From positions 868,961 to 932,960 of the forward strand of contig NW_019091358.1 of assembly GCF_001949145.1 (NCBI RefSeq): 64,000 bases of DNA. Reading direction: 5' to 3'. Source of the DNA: Acanthaster planci (taxonomy: Eukaryota). Position numbers and translations under genes: made by a program. Under the pieces are notes generated by a model, which saw nothing but the letters and a program-made list of their open reading frames with translations, was not told the origin of the DNA and searched no databases. Each line of letters starts with the position of its first letter. Position 1 is the stretch's first letter. Positions 12,844-25,183 of this stretch are shown here, piece after piece.

Positions 12844-14379
12844 CAAAGGATTATGGAGCAGCTGCAGCCTACTTTTGAATGCGCTGACATCAAGCAGCGG
12901 CTTCGAGTTTTGTTTTTTAATATATATTTTTTAATTATTGTTTCAGTAATTTCGGTCGATATTTGACATGTATCAAAGCACATTTCCTAGTGCTATTTCA
13001 TGAGCTGTTAGTATTGATAGTTAGGCAACCTGTTATAAAATAATGTAATAATGCCTGTGTCACAGGTGTTGTTTATTTTTGTGATAAACTTTTGCATTTA
13101 ATTTCTTCAAACGGTGACGGCAGAGGTATTTTTGATACAGTTATATCCCATGAATGAGCCTGGAAATGTCGCTGGAATTTACAGAATGCTCTTTTGAGTG
13201 ATTTGCATTCACCGTAAGTGTTAGTGTCCCCTTTGGGGATGATCCCAGAGCTTTGCTTTTATTCTGAAGCTCATTAAATTTCCATGCTCATAAAAAAAAA
13301 AACTTCGACATTATCAGATAATTGAAAGGGTACCAACAGCTGCGACAATGGCCCCGAGGACATTTTCTTCGCATTGCTCGTTTCCTCTCGTGCATGGGTT
13401 ATGGGCTCCGCTCTTCCCACGTTACCGTCGTATTCTTACCAATATAGTGGCCGGTGAAACTACGGCTGACCTTCCGTAAATAGAAAGCAGGAGCAGTCAT
13501 TAGGATCTCAAGCAGCTATAAAATGCCAAGTTTTAAGAACTGAAGGCAGTGGAGCCATTCCTATTTGTCGCCACGTGCATGGCCTGTCTTAAACGATTGC
13601 AGCCTGATAACACTTTTCTGGTCGGATGAAATGTAGACTCCAGTGAAACACTTAGTCTTTTTTCTGTTTTATTGGTTCAACGTTCACAAACATATTGTCG
13701 AACAAAAAGGCTGGAAATGTATAATTTCGTAATAATGTTATTGCGTTGACACTCTTAGTCACAAGGTCCAAAACCTACGTTTTAAGACCGGATCACGAGA
13801 TTAGATGATAATTGCCCTGGACAAGTTATCTTAATAACCAAGACTGCATATACTTCTAGATACTAAATGAAAATGCACGTTTAAAGTAACGTAACTATTG
13901 TGAAGTTTGAGGTGAAATCTAACATAAGTGGCCAAAAATATGGTGTTTTTTCAATCCTGTGGAAATAAAAAATAGCAGAAAACAACATCTGTGCAAGAAA
14001 TGAAGCAAGTGATATCAAAACGGCAGTTCAAGACGATATTTCAAGACATTGTATCTGCATAAATGATAAAACACAATTTGTTTTTTAATGGACAAAAAAT
14101 GACCCTTTTTTATTTGAGAATCGCTGACCTCACCAAAACCAGGCAAAATTGAATGGCTACATCACACTGCTTTAAGTCATTAAATGTTGCTAATTATGAT
14201 TACAGATATGGAGACTTCTTAGACGCGTGGTGGCAGTAATTTCTGTGTTTTGTTTTGTTTGTGTCCGATTTGAGTTAGTGTGCGTCAGTGTTCAAAATGA
14301 CACGAACAATGCCGTATCCATTGATCCTATTACAATGGAGATCAATGGCCGGGGATTGGTCACATGCACAGACATACAA

Positions 14380-14820
14380 ACCCATAGACGGGTAGTTCCT
14401 ATTCAAAACAATGGCGGGGTACCGTAGCCGAGACGGCACCCGACTCAATCCAAAACCGTGTGCAAATTCATCCCGCGGTATTTGAAATTTACGCACAGTT
14501 GAAGAGTTCCAGTCATAAAATTCAATGAAGCCACATTTCGATTGTGAAAAAAAAATCCTCTGTCTACTTAATCTTGCCCCTACAGATTCGAAAAATTGGA
14601 GTTGCAACATTTGAAAAGAAGATATAGCAGTACCAGAGATTAAAAAAAGAAACGTATTTTTAGAGCACGTGAACAAATACATATAATATAATCTAAGTGT
14701 CACTCGCAATTATCACTGAACGCGCTGCCATCCATGGTTTCGCCCACAGCTTGCCTACGTTTTTTGAAATCACGGTTATGCGCGGGCGAGACTGGTGGTC
14801 TATGCGTTTATACGTCTGTA
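14380..14820. repeat. Dispersed repeat (probable non-autonomous DNA transposon), copy 1
   Basis: About 440 bp colinear with 29727-30160, for example the shared caatggcggggtaccgtagc-gagacggcacccgact. Confidence 0.75.
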
Positions 14821-16668
14821 GCTACATGGGACCAGTAATGTTTGCCGCCACCAAACGACCCAAAGGTCTCCAGTTACAATGACATTAGGGCTGTATGCCA
14901 ATCACTTTGCTGTGACTTTAATTATACACGTGTCTACGGGAACCGGCTCTGGCCACTACCATAGACCCCTGTGTCCTTTCAAGCAGCCAAGCAATTTGGA
15001 CCCTACCTATGCGTCGACTGTTGCTCTGTATACCACACTATAATGTGTAATGCCGCTGAAGTTTGCTTGCAATGCCCTAAACTTTCAACAGAATGGTATA
15101 ATTAGTGGATAAACTGTTATGTAAAATATGGCATATAAAAAAAATTGGTCAAATCCTTTAGGCTGATTGGTCAAATCCTTCTTCCGGTTTTTGAAAAAAA
15201 AGTAACAAGTTGTTGAACCCAGTTCTGTTGTTTCTGGCCACGATGATCACTTATGTTTCTTGGGATCAGTTGTAGATCAAACGAACGTTTACTTAACAAT
15301 GAGGACAAGACCCAATTTTATTTGCAATCGGGATTACTTTAGTAATTCCGATTGCAATCCCGATAAAGGACTCCCTGAATTATAGAGATAAACACTTGTT
15401 AAATTTGATTATTTTCATGGAAATGGTGACATGAAAAATTCAATTATTGTTATTATTATTATGAGGCAAGAAAGTAAAACTTGAAAATAATGCACAATTT
15501 AGAGCTTTTTGTGGTTGACAAGTAATTACTTTTCACCGAAGTACCATTTCAACCCGTAGGAATTACAAAAGCAAGCGCGTCGATTTCACGATTTCCACTG
15601 ACTTGGACTTTGGACGGGGACCCCGACGTCTCAAGAAAATCAAAGGTTTTTGTTTATTTTTTTGGCCAGCGGTGGTTAGGTTTGTTTTGTTACAACCTAT
15701 CCGAAACGGTAAGTAGAAACTGTTGACCTGTATTCTTGGAACAGTTTGCAGCATCTGCATGGGGCATTTTGGTGTATAGCCCCAATATTCTGGATTCACG
15801 CTTGTAAAAACTTTACGTTAATTCAAACGTTTTTTAAAAACGCGGAGATTGTCAAGTTGAAGGCATCTGACTATACAAGCAGAGGTTTATTACTACACGC
15901 GTGCTTTGGGAAACCACACCAGTCGAATTGGGAACATCACGCGTACCATCAACGCGGTGCACGTGCACGTCGTCTGGAACTCTCGCCTTTCATGTGTAGC
16001 GTACCTCCCTAATTGCTCGATTGTTAGAGTTTGGATGAAAGCTTTGGTTACGAAACATCTCAGCCCCCCCTCCCCTCATTTGTCAACGGCATGTCGAAAC
16101 GTTCTCATCGTTTGATACGGCAATCTGATTATGTCGGTATAAATGTAGTGGCTGTCTGGATTTCGGAAACGAACTGCTATCATGTGCGGAGTGCAGTTCC
16201 GGTGTTAACCATATGGTTTAGGTTCACGTTTCACCATTTAGGTATTATAGAGTCCCCCAAAGGTATTTTTTTTCAGTGAAGATTTTTTTTATACATCTTC
16301 ACATAGGGGAGTTCATTACATTTTGTAATGTTTAAAACGAATTGAAGTGCTAATTTTTAATGCCGGTTCGTACTGCAGGCGAAAGCGATGCAAAATTGAC
16401 GTCATAAAAAAAAATTTGCTGCGAAATTTCGCTCGAGTTAATTTTTTTTCAACTTCTAGGAATTCGCAACGCGAACATTTTATCTGCCTCACAAATTCGC
16501 GTTCAAGCGAAATATGGACCAGCCTTTACACTTGAAAGGTCTAACCCCGATGAAACATTGAAAACCAATTTTGCCCACAATGAGTTTGGTTAAATAAGCT
16601 TCATATTTTGAATTGGGCTTTCCCCTACTTTTTAACATGGATAATATACAAATAAATCTTAATGACTC

Positions 16669-16828
16669 CAATACAGGCGTTTCACAATAGTGCGCCTCCA
16701 AGAGTTTGCAACGCATTGGCTAATCACAATGCGCAAAAACTGTCGACCCAATGCGCGATATCCCGTATTGTGATTGGCCAACGCGTTGCAAACTCTTGGA
16801 GGCGCGCCATTGTGAATCTCCCGTATTG
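16669..16828. mobile_element. Palindromic MITE of about 160 bp
   Basis: Long inverted arms: caatac..ttcacaat..gcgcctccaagagtttgcaacgc-ttggc-aatcacaat versus attgtgattggccaacgcgttgcaaactcttggaggcgc..attgtgaa..gtattg. Confidence 0.75.
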
Positions 16829-18450
16829 AGAACTACTGAGGATAATTTCCTGTGTGTCACATTCTTAAATTTTTTTGAATACAACACCTAATCATGAAAA
16901 AAATCTCTGGTGATCCGACCGCTCAAATTTGTCGACATTCGAAATCCCTTTCCTCGACTATCACACAACCCCCCCAAAAATTTATTGTGGTTGTGTGGAC
17001 AACGAGACACTCCTTTTAACTGATCTTTCCAGATATGATTTCGTGTGTAAAGCGGAAGGGTGCAATCCAAGACATTGTTTTAAGCTTTAATGTACGGTCT
17101 TTCAGTGCTTCCGGGTAAACAACACATGCGAAATCACTCTCATCAGATTCACTGGAATTTTGAGAAATGTATCACTTGACAACATAATTTGATAAAAGAT
17201 TCGTGTCTTTTTCCTAAAATATGAAAGAATGTCAGCTGAAATAACTTCATAGGGAGATAAATGCAACTGCCTTCTTTTAACCAAACACGATTTTGAACAA
17301 GAACATGGTCGGTTCCGATAATTTCAACTGTATAAGGAATCGAGAACACCATATTAAAATTGTGGCCTATTGTTGATATTCCCGAAATGACTAAAATTAT
17401 GCCTTATCACCAGTGTGGGACTTATTCTCTTCATTTCATGAAATTCGAAGACCCTTTTTCGCTATTCGTGACACAGGAATGTTATCAACAAACAGAGAAT
17501 TTGACAGAATCACCGTTCGCTGATTTCACCATGAATTTACTTATGCTGGAGTTCAAATACCCTCAGACTGATGAAACATTCAAAGCTCTGACAAGAAGAA
17601 TGACCAGCATTCAGAGGTCGTACCTGCCTTCAGCCGATTGGTTCGAGATTTAGTTGGGTTGGCTTAGTGCACATTTTGTCGACAAAGGTAATAGATTGCA
17701 AAATATATTTTTTCATTCCAGTAAACTGTACAACTTGTCTTGGTTTCCTGTTACAATTTAAGTTTTCACCAAAGATCACCACAAAATTACTCTTTAAATT
17801 TTCAAGTGCGTACAAGTATACTTAGTTCCAAGGGGCCTCCTTTTTTATCTTTTTAGATTTTCGGAAGTTAGAAGTCAGTATTTAGCACGATATTTCTCTT
17901 TCAGTGTCGGCATCTTTCAGTTTCAAAAATTAACAAGCTAGGAAGTAATTGCCAGGGGTCTTTTTCGGATTTGATTTTCATGAGTAGCGCATGAACTAAC
18001 AAAATCATTGGTAATTATAAAATATTTGCAAGTTGTTTTCCTGTTCAAAGCTTTCATAAGCGCGCCACCAGGGGTCAACTTCAGGCTGTTTAATTTTTCT
18101 GGGATCAGGTACCAGTCTATGTGCAAGAGGCAGTCGCGACACACCGCTTAGAGCATCACAGTAAAACCATTGAACAACAAATTGCGTTCTCTCCATTGCG
18201 TGACGCAGTTATAATGAGCTCTGAAGTAAAAGTTGACATGTCTGGAAATAGAACTTCTTTAATGCGAGAAAGCATGCAGTCATCCAAACATTACTAAACA
18301 GTTGTTTTGCGAACATGCACATGGCTGCGCACGTGATACCAATTTTAAAAGGGCGTCACAGTGACACTTGCTGGTAGAAATCTCGATTTCTTCGTGTAGT
18401 TTTCTATTCCGTGACACCGTGTGTGTAGCCAAATTCAAACTTCTCAGCCC

Positions 18451-18787
18451 ATGGCTGTCACGTTCCCTACAGCCTCCCTGCTTCCGATTGCAGGTAACGG
18501 TTCACAGCTTGGGCCACACCTCAGCCGATCGGGTTATACCTGCCTCGCAGTATACCTGGCGGTGGTCTGCCTACTCAGCGTGGCAGGCAACGCTGTAGTG
18601 ATTTTCCTCTACGCACGCTACCAGTCGTTGCACAACGTGGTCAACATCTTCTTGCTGAACATTTGCGTGGCCGATATAATTGTGGCTGTGCTAGGAACTC
18701 CGCTGTCCCTTGCGTCTAGTGTGGCTGGCCATTGGCTGTTTGGTTCCGCCGGCTGCTCCTGGTATGGATTTATTTGTACCTTTTCGG
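18451..18787 (+). CDS. Ciliary-type opsin A (TMT/encephalopsin-like), exon 1: N-terminus to mid-TM3
   Basis: ATG at 18451. Encodes MAVTF...GNAVV...NIFLLNICVAD...GTP...WLFGSAGCSWYGF...SG, with an NGS sequon, C110 and Y113. Donor g|gtaag is phase 1 in codon G121, the canonical c-opsin intron 1. Confidence 0.93.
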
Positions 18788-19278
18788 GTAAGTTTTAACA
18801 AACTGTTTAATTTTTCCCAATTTTGCCCTAGTGTTAAAAACTGTCCTAAATATTCCTACCCTAGAGGTTTGGGCGCCCAGTTCAACTTCGAGGGTAGCCC
18901 ATACCGGTCTTTTACTTAAACGACGGTGATTGATGTCAATGTATGCTTGTTTGATTAACTTTTTTGGTCACGATTGTGCATGTGAGAAAGTTAAATACGC
19001 GAGTTGACACAATAGTGATGGCTATAATAATGTCACGACGCGGAGATTTACAATGTGCATGTTGTTGCAATGTTCAAGTAAATCAACTAAATAATATGGT
19101 CTAAGGGAAGTACCCAGTAATCCAGGTCCATAAAATTATATGAGAACACACTGTGTCGCCCGTGAAGGTTGGTTCATGCTTCAGGCGAAAGCGAAATGAA
19201 CTTGACGTCGCAAACTATTCGCAGAAAAGTTCACTTGAGTTGAAATGTGCATTTTAGCGTTGTGCCAACGCTATCATA

Positions 19279-20216
19279 TTGAAGGCAGTTTATTCGATTT
19301 ATAAAATCTTAAAAACTGGACTGTCGAATTATCTTTAAATATCTTACTGTAAAGTAAGTTACTAATAGTAACAGACAATCTGTTAAATCTTTCCGCCCGG
19401 ACGCGGACATTTCCGAGAAAAGAGAAATTTACTTTTTTCCCTCAATTCGATTTAATACCACAACCATAAATGGGCGTAACCAAAAAATGTGTGATGCATT
19501 TAGCTGTTGGATTCTTTATTAACCGGCTGAAATAAAAGCTGCGAATGCCTCTTTGGTAAAAAGAGATGTATTTCTTAAGCTAAGGGAGAATTTCATATGA
19601 AGCAAGATATGAGACGAACCGAGCCCCCCTGCTTTGTGTTGGTCATTGTCTCACTGGTATCTGAGGAATTCTTTTCAGACGGGGGGGGGAGGTAACAATA
19701 GTCTAGAATGTGTATAGGGATTGGACAAGTTGGGGGGGGGTAAGTATTTCGGTCGCATTTCTTGCTGGATATAGAGAATTTGGGTGAGGTTAAAATTCAA
19801 GTTTAATTATGAAAAGGAATTTACCCGACAGGACCGTTTCACTGCCACCCCTTAAGCTAATGGTATGATCTAAACCGAGCCGGACTGTGCACTCGGCTGT
19901 CCCTTTTCGAGCTCCGTGTTTTTTTTTCTCGTACAAAATCTGCAATTTCGACACATCGAACCTCTTGTTTTTTTCCGATCAAAATAACTATCATGCCCAA
20001 AATGCAAGAGTAGTTTCCACCTTTGTTGATTTATAAAGTGTTTATGATGTGCACTGACAGCGTGTGGACGGTTTTTGACCGACGTACTTGCATCTGATGA
20101 ATCACGAGTGTGTGTGGTTGTACAATCGTGCATAAATTATTGTGAACGCGCGGTCTTATTGTGACTGTGTGACTGCGGTCACTTAACTGAACGATAAAAT
20201 TGTTGTTTATTCGACA
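19279..20216. repeat. Dispersed repeat in opsin A intron 1 (copy 1)
   Basis: Two blocks colinear with 59309-60091, for example ggactgtcgaattatctt-aaatatcttactgtaaagtaa and tcatgcccaaaat-caag..gcactgac-g-gtgtggac-gtttttgacc. Confidence 0.75.
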
Positions 20217-21439
20217 AAATGGCATTTTGCTTTATTTCTCTCAAAGCATTGAACTAAAAATAAAGCAAATCTATGGAATTGACACAAAGTGAAAATAGCC
20301 CCCAATTCTTCCAATTTCGAAGAAGAAAGTGCAAGTACATGCAAATTGTGTACTCTACCTTCACTATGCCATCTGGCCCGTTGCGTCATGTCGTTGTGGC
20401 ACCTTACATGATCTGAAACTTATGCATCGCCCTTCATCCCGTTATTCGTCTCTTTGTCTCATTAAGGGTAGCGAGTGGCTCGTTATAAATGACCCCTGGA
20501 AGACGTTCTGCTTTGTCTCTTCGTCCGTTTTGAGCAGATGGCTCACTTCTAGGCGGGAATACCAGAAATCTCGATAAAACTCAAATGTACGCACATATAT
20601 GTATTTGATATTTATGAACTCTAGCATGCGTTCCCCCTGTATTCATACATTTAACTTCTTTGTTCAAGGGCTGAGGTTGAATTTGACATCGAATTCCCTT
20701 TGAAATTAATCATTTTCCCCTTGCAATACAGTGTTATTAAACCCACTTCCATCTTGCTGAAAAGTCTGTGGCCTTCATTTTACCAAAAGAGGTGAATTCA
20801 GTAGACGTGTCAAGGACGAAGACGAGTTAATTATAATACCACAGGGGCAGTGGACCCTTTCTCTTAATCTGCCGCCTGTTTACATTCAAAAAGGCAAATA
20901 CAGTCTAATTAAATTATAACCCTAGGGCCTGAAGATGAGGTTCCTAGAGATGACGATTTAGAATTAGTATTTTTGATGACACAGATCCGCGTTTATTTAC
21001 ATTCTGGTTCAGTCTACCAATTACCAATAAACTTGGCCACGCACACAGACAATAAAAAGAGAGAAGATTAATATTTCCGCGACAATGGCGTTCTATCCGA
21101 TGGTAATGATATCCGGCATGTTGATGATTTACCGTAACCCCCTGCCTGTAACCCTTATATCTCGGCAAAATGAATGTCAAAGCATAGTTTGAACATCGAG
21201 AAAACAACCCCTTCAGAAACTGTTGGACGACTTACACTCAAATTTTTCATTGTTATGTCGGCTAAGACTTAATTGTGGCAGAGAAAAAAGTTGAAAAAAT
21301 TCCTCCTTGTTCATCACGTATACGAAAGGAATATGATAGTTTAGAAACGTTGAAACAAATTCTTAGTAAATGTTGATATCATGGGATTTATTTTAGTGAT
21401 AACCTCCGTTTGTATAATTTTGTATTTCACCCCAAACAG

Positions 21440-21634
21440 GATGTGCACAAATCGTTGGAATTGCAGCGGTCTCCCTACAGCGGTTTTTCTTCGTTGTTAA
21501 ACCATTCGTGGCAAGGAGACTGACGACCGGTGGCGCCCTCGTCTGTGTTGGTTTTACATGGGCGTATTCTCTAGTTGCTGCGCTTCCTCCCGCTCTCGGA
21601 TGGAGTGAGTTTGTTCTTGAAGGCGCAGGAACAT
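21440..21634 (+). CDS. Opsin A exon 2 (TM3-TM4-ECL2)
   Basis: Acceptor aacag| at 21439 and donor t|gtaag at 21634/21635; 195 nt, phase 1-1. Encodes CAQIVGIAAVSLQRFFFVVKPF...WAYSLVAALPPALGWSEFVLEGAGT, including E181. Confidence 0.92.
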
Positions 21635-21681
21635 GTAAGATTACATAATATCATTGTCTTTCCTATGTCTTGGATTGCGTA

Positions 21682-23213
21682 CACTGTAAATTCTAAGCGT
21701 TTAACTTCTAAACGCATATAAAACGCAAATCTGTATCTCTTTTTAAACATTTTGACACGTTTATAATTAAATACATACGACATGTTTATATGCTGAACAC
21801 ACCGTTTTATTGAATAAACATAACGTATGTTTATGATTAAATATAAATATGTGTGTGTGTTTATCGTAATGTAAGGTTTTTGAACACTATTTAATTGTAA
21901 ACCCGTTTGTGTGTTTATTACTTTCTACGCGTAAACATGTGTACAGGCTGTAACACTTTTTACACACTTGGACACATTTATATAAAGGGTGCAGTGCTTA
22001 TTAACTGCACATTATCGGGTAACGATGACATACACGTGTCCAAGTCATTCGCAGTGACGTGCAGAGTGGCAAGCCAAGTGCTATAACTTTAACACGGGAT
22101 CAACAATGATTGAAATATCGTTGACAGACCTTATTTTTGTTCAGAAAATTATCACCCATCCAAGATTCTGAAAATATCTATCATGTGCACGTTATATGCA
22201 CGAACCTGTGTAAGAAACGGATAAAATTAATGCAACTCTGAATTGTCCTACTTCTCTACATTTGCAACTATAACAGCCAGCAGACGTACGGGGGACGTGG
22301 AAAGAGATCGAAGTGAGCATGCGCGTGTGTGTACCAGTGTTGAAGTAGCCTACTCATACTCGTACCCGAACACGAGTACAAGCACAACCGTTGAACTTGA
22401 GTACCAATAAAACTTGAAAGGTTCTCAATTGTGAGTAATCGAAAAAAAAAAACAGGTACTCGGTACACACTTGTAATTTGTCCTCGAACTCGTCCTTAAA
22501 CTCGACAAATTGTAATTGATTATCTCGATCCCAGTTGCGCAATACTCGAAAAGAAATCGGGATTTTTTTGATACTAAACTTTGACCCAAAATTTCACAGA
22601 GTGTAAGCTACACTTTACAAGTCACGCAGTATTTTTGTCGACGCTAAATCGAGTATTCGTGAATGGGTGTTGGCGCTTGGCCGTGCTTGCAGTGTTGTCG
22701 GTGTACATTCTTTTAACTAACAATGCAAATTTCCGTAATTTTTTAGTTTTACAATGTACGCGGGTGTACTCGATTATGTTTGTACTCGTACTCGGCCCGT
22801 ACTCGGACTGTGAAAAACTCGAACCCGGAGTTTTGGTCCAGAACTCGACTAAAATGTAACTCCGCCTGCATTCGGCACGGTGTGTACTCGGAAAACTCGG
22901 TGCTCGAATTTTGGTACTCGACTGCGTCTCTGGTGTGTACCATTAAAGCGCATGCGCCTTGTTGTTTCTTAAACTCTGCGTCCATGTACTATACGTTATA
23001 TTAGCTTAAATTACAACATGAGATTTGAATTTCATCGGCACTAAAGAGTGTTGGCGGGAAAAAGAACAAATCGCGTTTTAAGCCGCTATAATCAGGCGTT
23101 TAATGTTGCGATGATATATACATTAAACACGTTCACGTGTAAACACACCACGTGTTCAAATGTTTAATGTGTTTAGTTTATAAACGTGTCAAACGTTCTT
23201 GGGTTTTACAGTG
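21682..23213. mobile_element. CACTA/EnSpm-like non-autonomous DNA transposon hosting a nested hAT MITE
   Basis: ta|cactgtaaa...tttacagtg|ta termini with inverted subterminal acacgtttata / tataaacgtgt motifs. Confidence 0.55.
22335..22932. mobile_element. hAT-type MITE with TACTCG subterminal repeats
   Basis: cag...ctg ends flanked by an exact 8-bp duplication GTGTGTAC (22327-22334 and 22933-22940), with many (t/a)actcg motifs. A related fragment lies at about 53700-53840. Confidence 0.75.
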
Positions 23214-25014
23214 TACAAGTTATAGAGGTCGTGTTCACTCCTTTCACTTAGTTTGTGTGCATGCACTAAAATTCGGCAAAGGCGTCACTTTCGCTTGTTC
23301 AAATAGCGACGCCAGCCACCAAACGACTATACAGAAATCTGTCAACGGAGATCGTCCGTATTGTGTACAAGTTTGTTGAATTTATACCAAGAGAAATGAA
23401 ATCAGACTTCAGATTTGTGAGCATTTTTGGAAACTGAGTGATTTTCGTTTTCACGAAGGAGCACCCAGTGCACTCCAGCACTTCCAGTGCGCAGTCCGTT
23501 CATTTTCGTTTTCTCAAATTGACATCAGTATCTTTGTTTTAGTAGTTAAAATGAAGTTTAATTTAAATTCTGGTGTGGGGCACCAAGCGTGGAAGGATCA
23601 AATGATCGTTAAACCTTTCAAATATTTTTTCCCTATACAGAATTACCTTGACAAGCTTGTGTGCTAGTTCGTGAAAACGAAAATGTTTTCACGAACTGAC
23701 ATTCACTTGCAACTGAGTGTTAGTTCGTGATGTCGGTGGCAATAAGTGACCTTTCGGAGAAAATGGGGTGAAAGATGTCTGTGTACGTTACTTTTCTGAA
23801 CGTAAAAAGGGTATTTTATAATCAAAATTTTAAATCGTTCTCCAGTTTTTCCACATATGCTGCATTTCTTGGTAATTGAAAACGTGTTTGAGAAAGGATA
23901 CCATGTTAATACTTAAGCCACTGCGAATTGTCCATTGTTAGTTCGATCAATTTCGCTCTCTGTCGGTTGATGGTCGGCCATGATATATATGTGCACATCT
24001 GCACGTTCATGTACATGTACCCTTCAACGCACGTATAGATGCACTAACACGGACAAAATGGTTTTCGTGCAAAATATTTAATTTGCAATAACCTGAAAAT
24101 ACTACCGATGTTTTCATCGGGTCTTAATACACACGGCACTTTGTTTGGATAAAGTGGAGAAGTGCTGTTACAATGGGAAAGACCGTGGGCGTATTTTCTG
24201 TCCAGTCTGGTCATTTGGTTTTTTTTTTTTTTGGATAACTTTTTTTAGAATTTGTTTCAAATTTTGTGGAACTTAATCAACCCTGTAACTAAGAGTCCAT
24301 GGCTTTAAACTTACTTCAAGTGTCCGCATCACTAACTTTCTAAACAATAAATAATTAAACAATAAAATAATCCGGAATACGTAAACTTAAACTATATTGG
24401 GTCCACCACGGTTTGTTTGTATGCACCAGACTAGTCTTTGCGCTCTGTGGCGTTAGCCCCCTGCACTCTCTAGCTTGCTAGTCCCCACAATTAACGGTTA
24501 TTGCTCCAGACTAGTAGAGGCTACATCTGGGGTACTTCACGGTCAATGCGTCTCTATCAGTCGGCGTGGACCGCTGTGTGGTGCGCTCGGCACCAGACTA
24601 TGTAGGAAGTATGGACCTGTCTTGTGTCATACGCTACATTAGCTCCGGCTAAAGTGCCGTCTACAAAAAAAATAAATATTACACAATGCAACTAAATATC
24701 TCAAATCAACACACACGTGTATCAAAAGACAAATGCTATATCAGAGCTATCACTCTCATTGAATGAATCTAGCATCACAAAAATGTCTCAGAATAAGTCG
24801 CATCTTCTCCTTCATTATTTTTTAGTTATCATTATTTTAACTTAAGAGTTACGGAGCAAACATTAAATTACAATCCCGCTTCTAATTTCTAGTAAAGCGG
24901 ATATCTTATCGCGATAAGCCCAAAGCAACTTAGTCACCAGACTATTCTCTTGTTTAAGCCAGGTTTCAGACAATATTTTCAAAAATCATAATTATGCACA
25001 TTTTTGGGGTTGTG

Positions 25015-25183
25015 TTGCGTACACAATGCGTTCATGTGTTTCACTTTCACGGGCACAAAAATCGACTCCATTAACGTGACACACGTATGCGTTGCGTTTG
25101 GCCGTCAAAATCGCCCCAGGAGCGATTTTGACGGATACGCAACGCTTGGCGCAAGTGTTGACACGCACATGGAAAGGCGCCTT
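25015..25183. repeat. MITE copy (one end decayed), inverted relative to 46312-46496
   Basis: Internal hairpin ccgtcaaaatcgc..gcgattttgacgg and terminal ggaaaggcgcctt shared with the copy at 46.3 kb. Confidence 0.65.

Noticed and set aside
18408..18417. TCCGTGACAC shared between the leaders of opsin A and exon 1a (50900-50909)
   Set aside because: It is a single 10-mer at different distances from the ATG and absent before 1b, so it cannot be told apart from chance.
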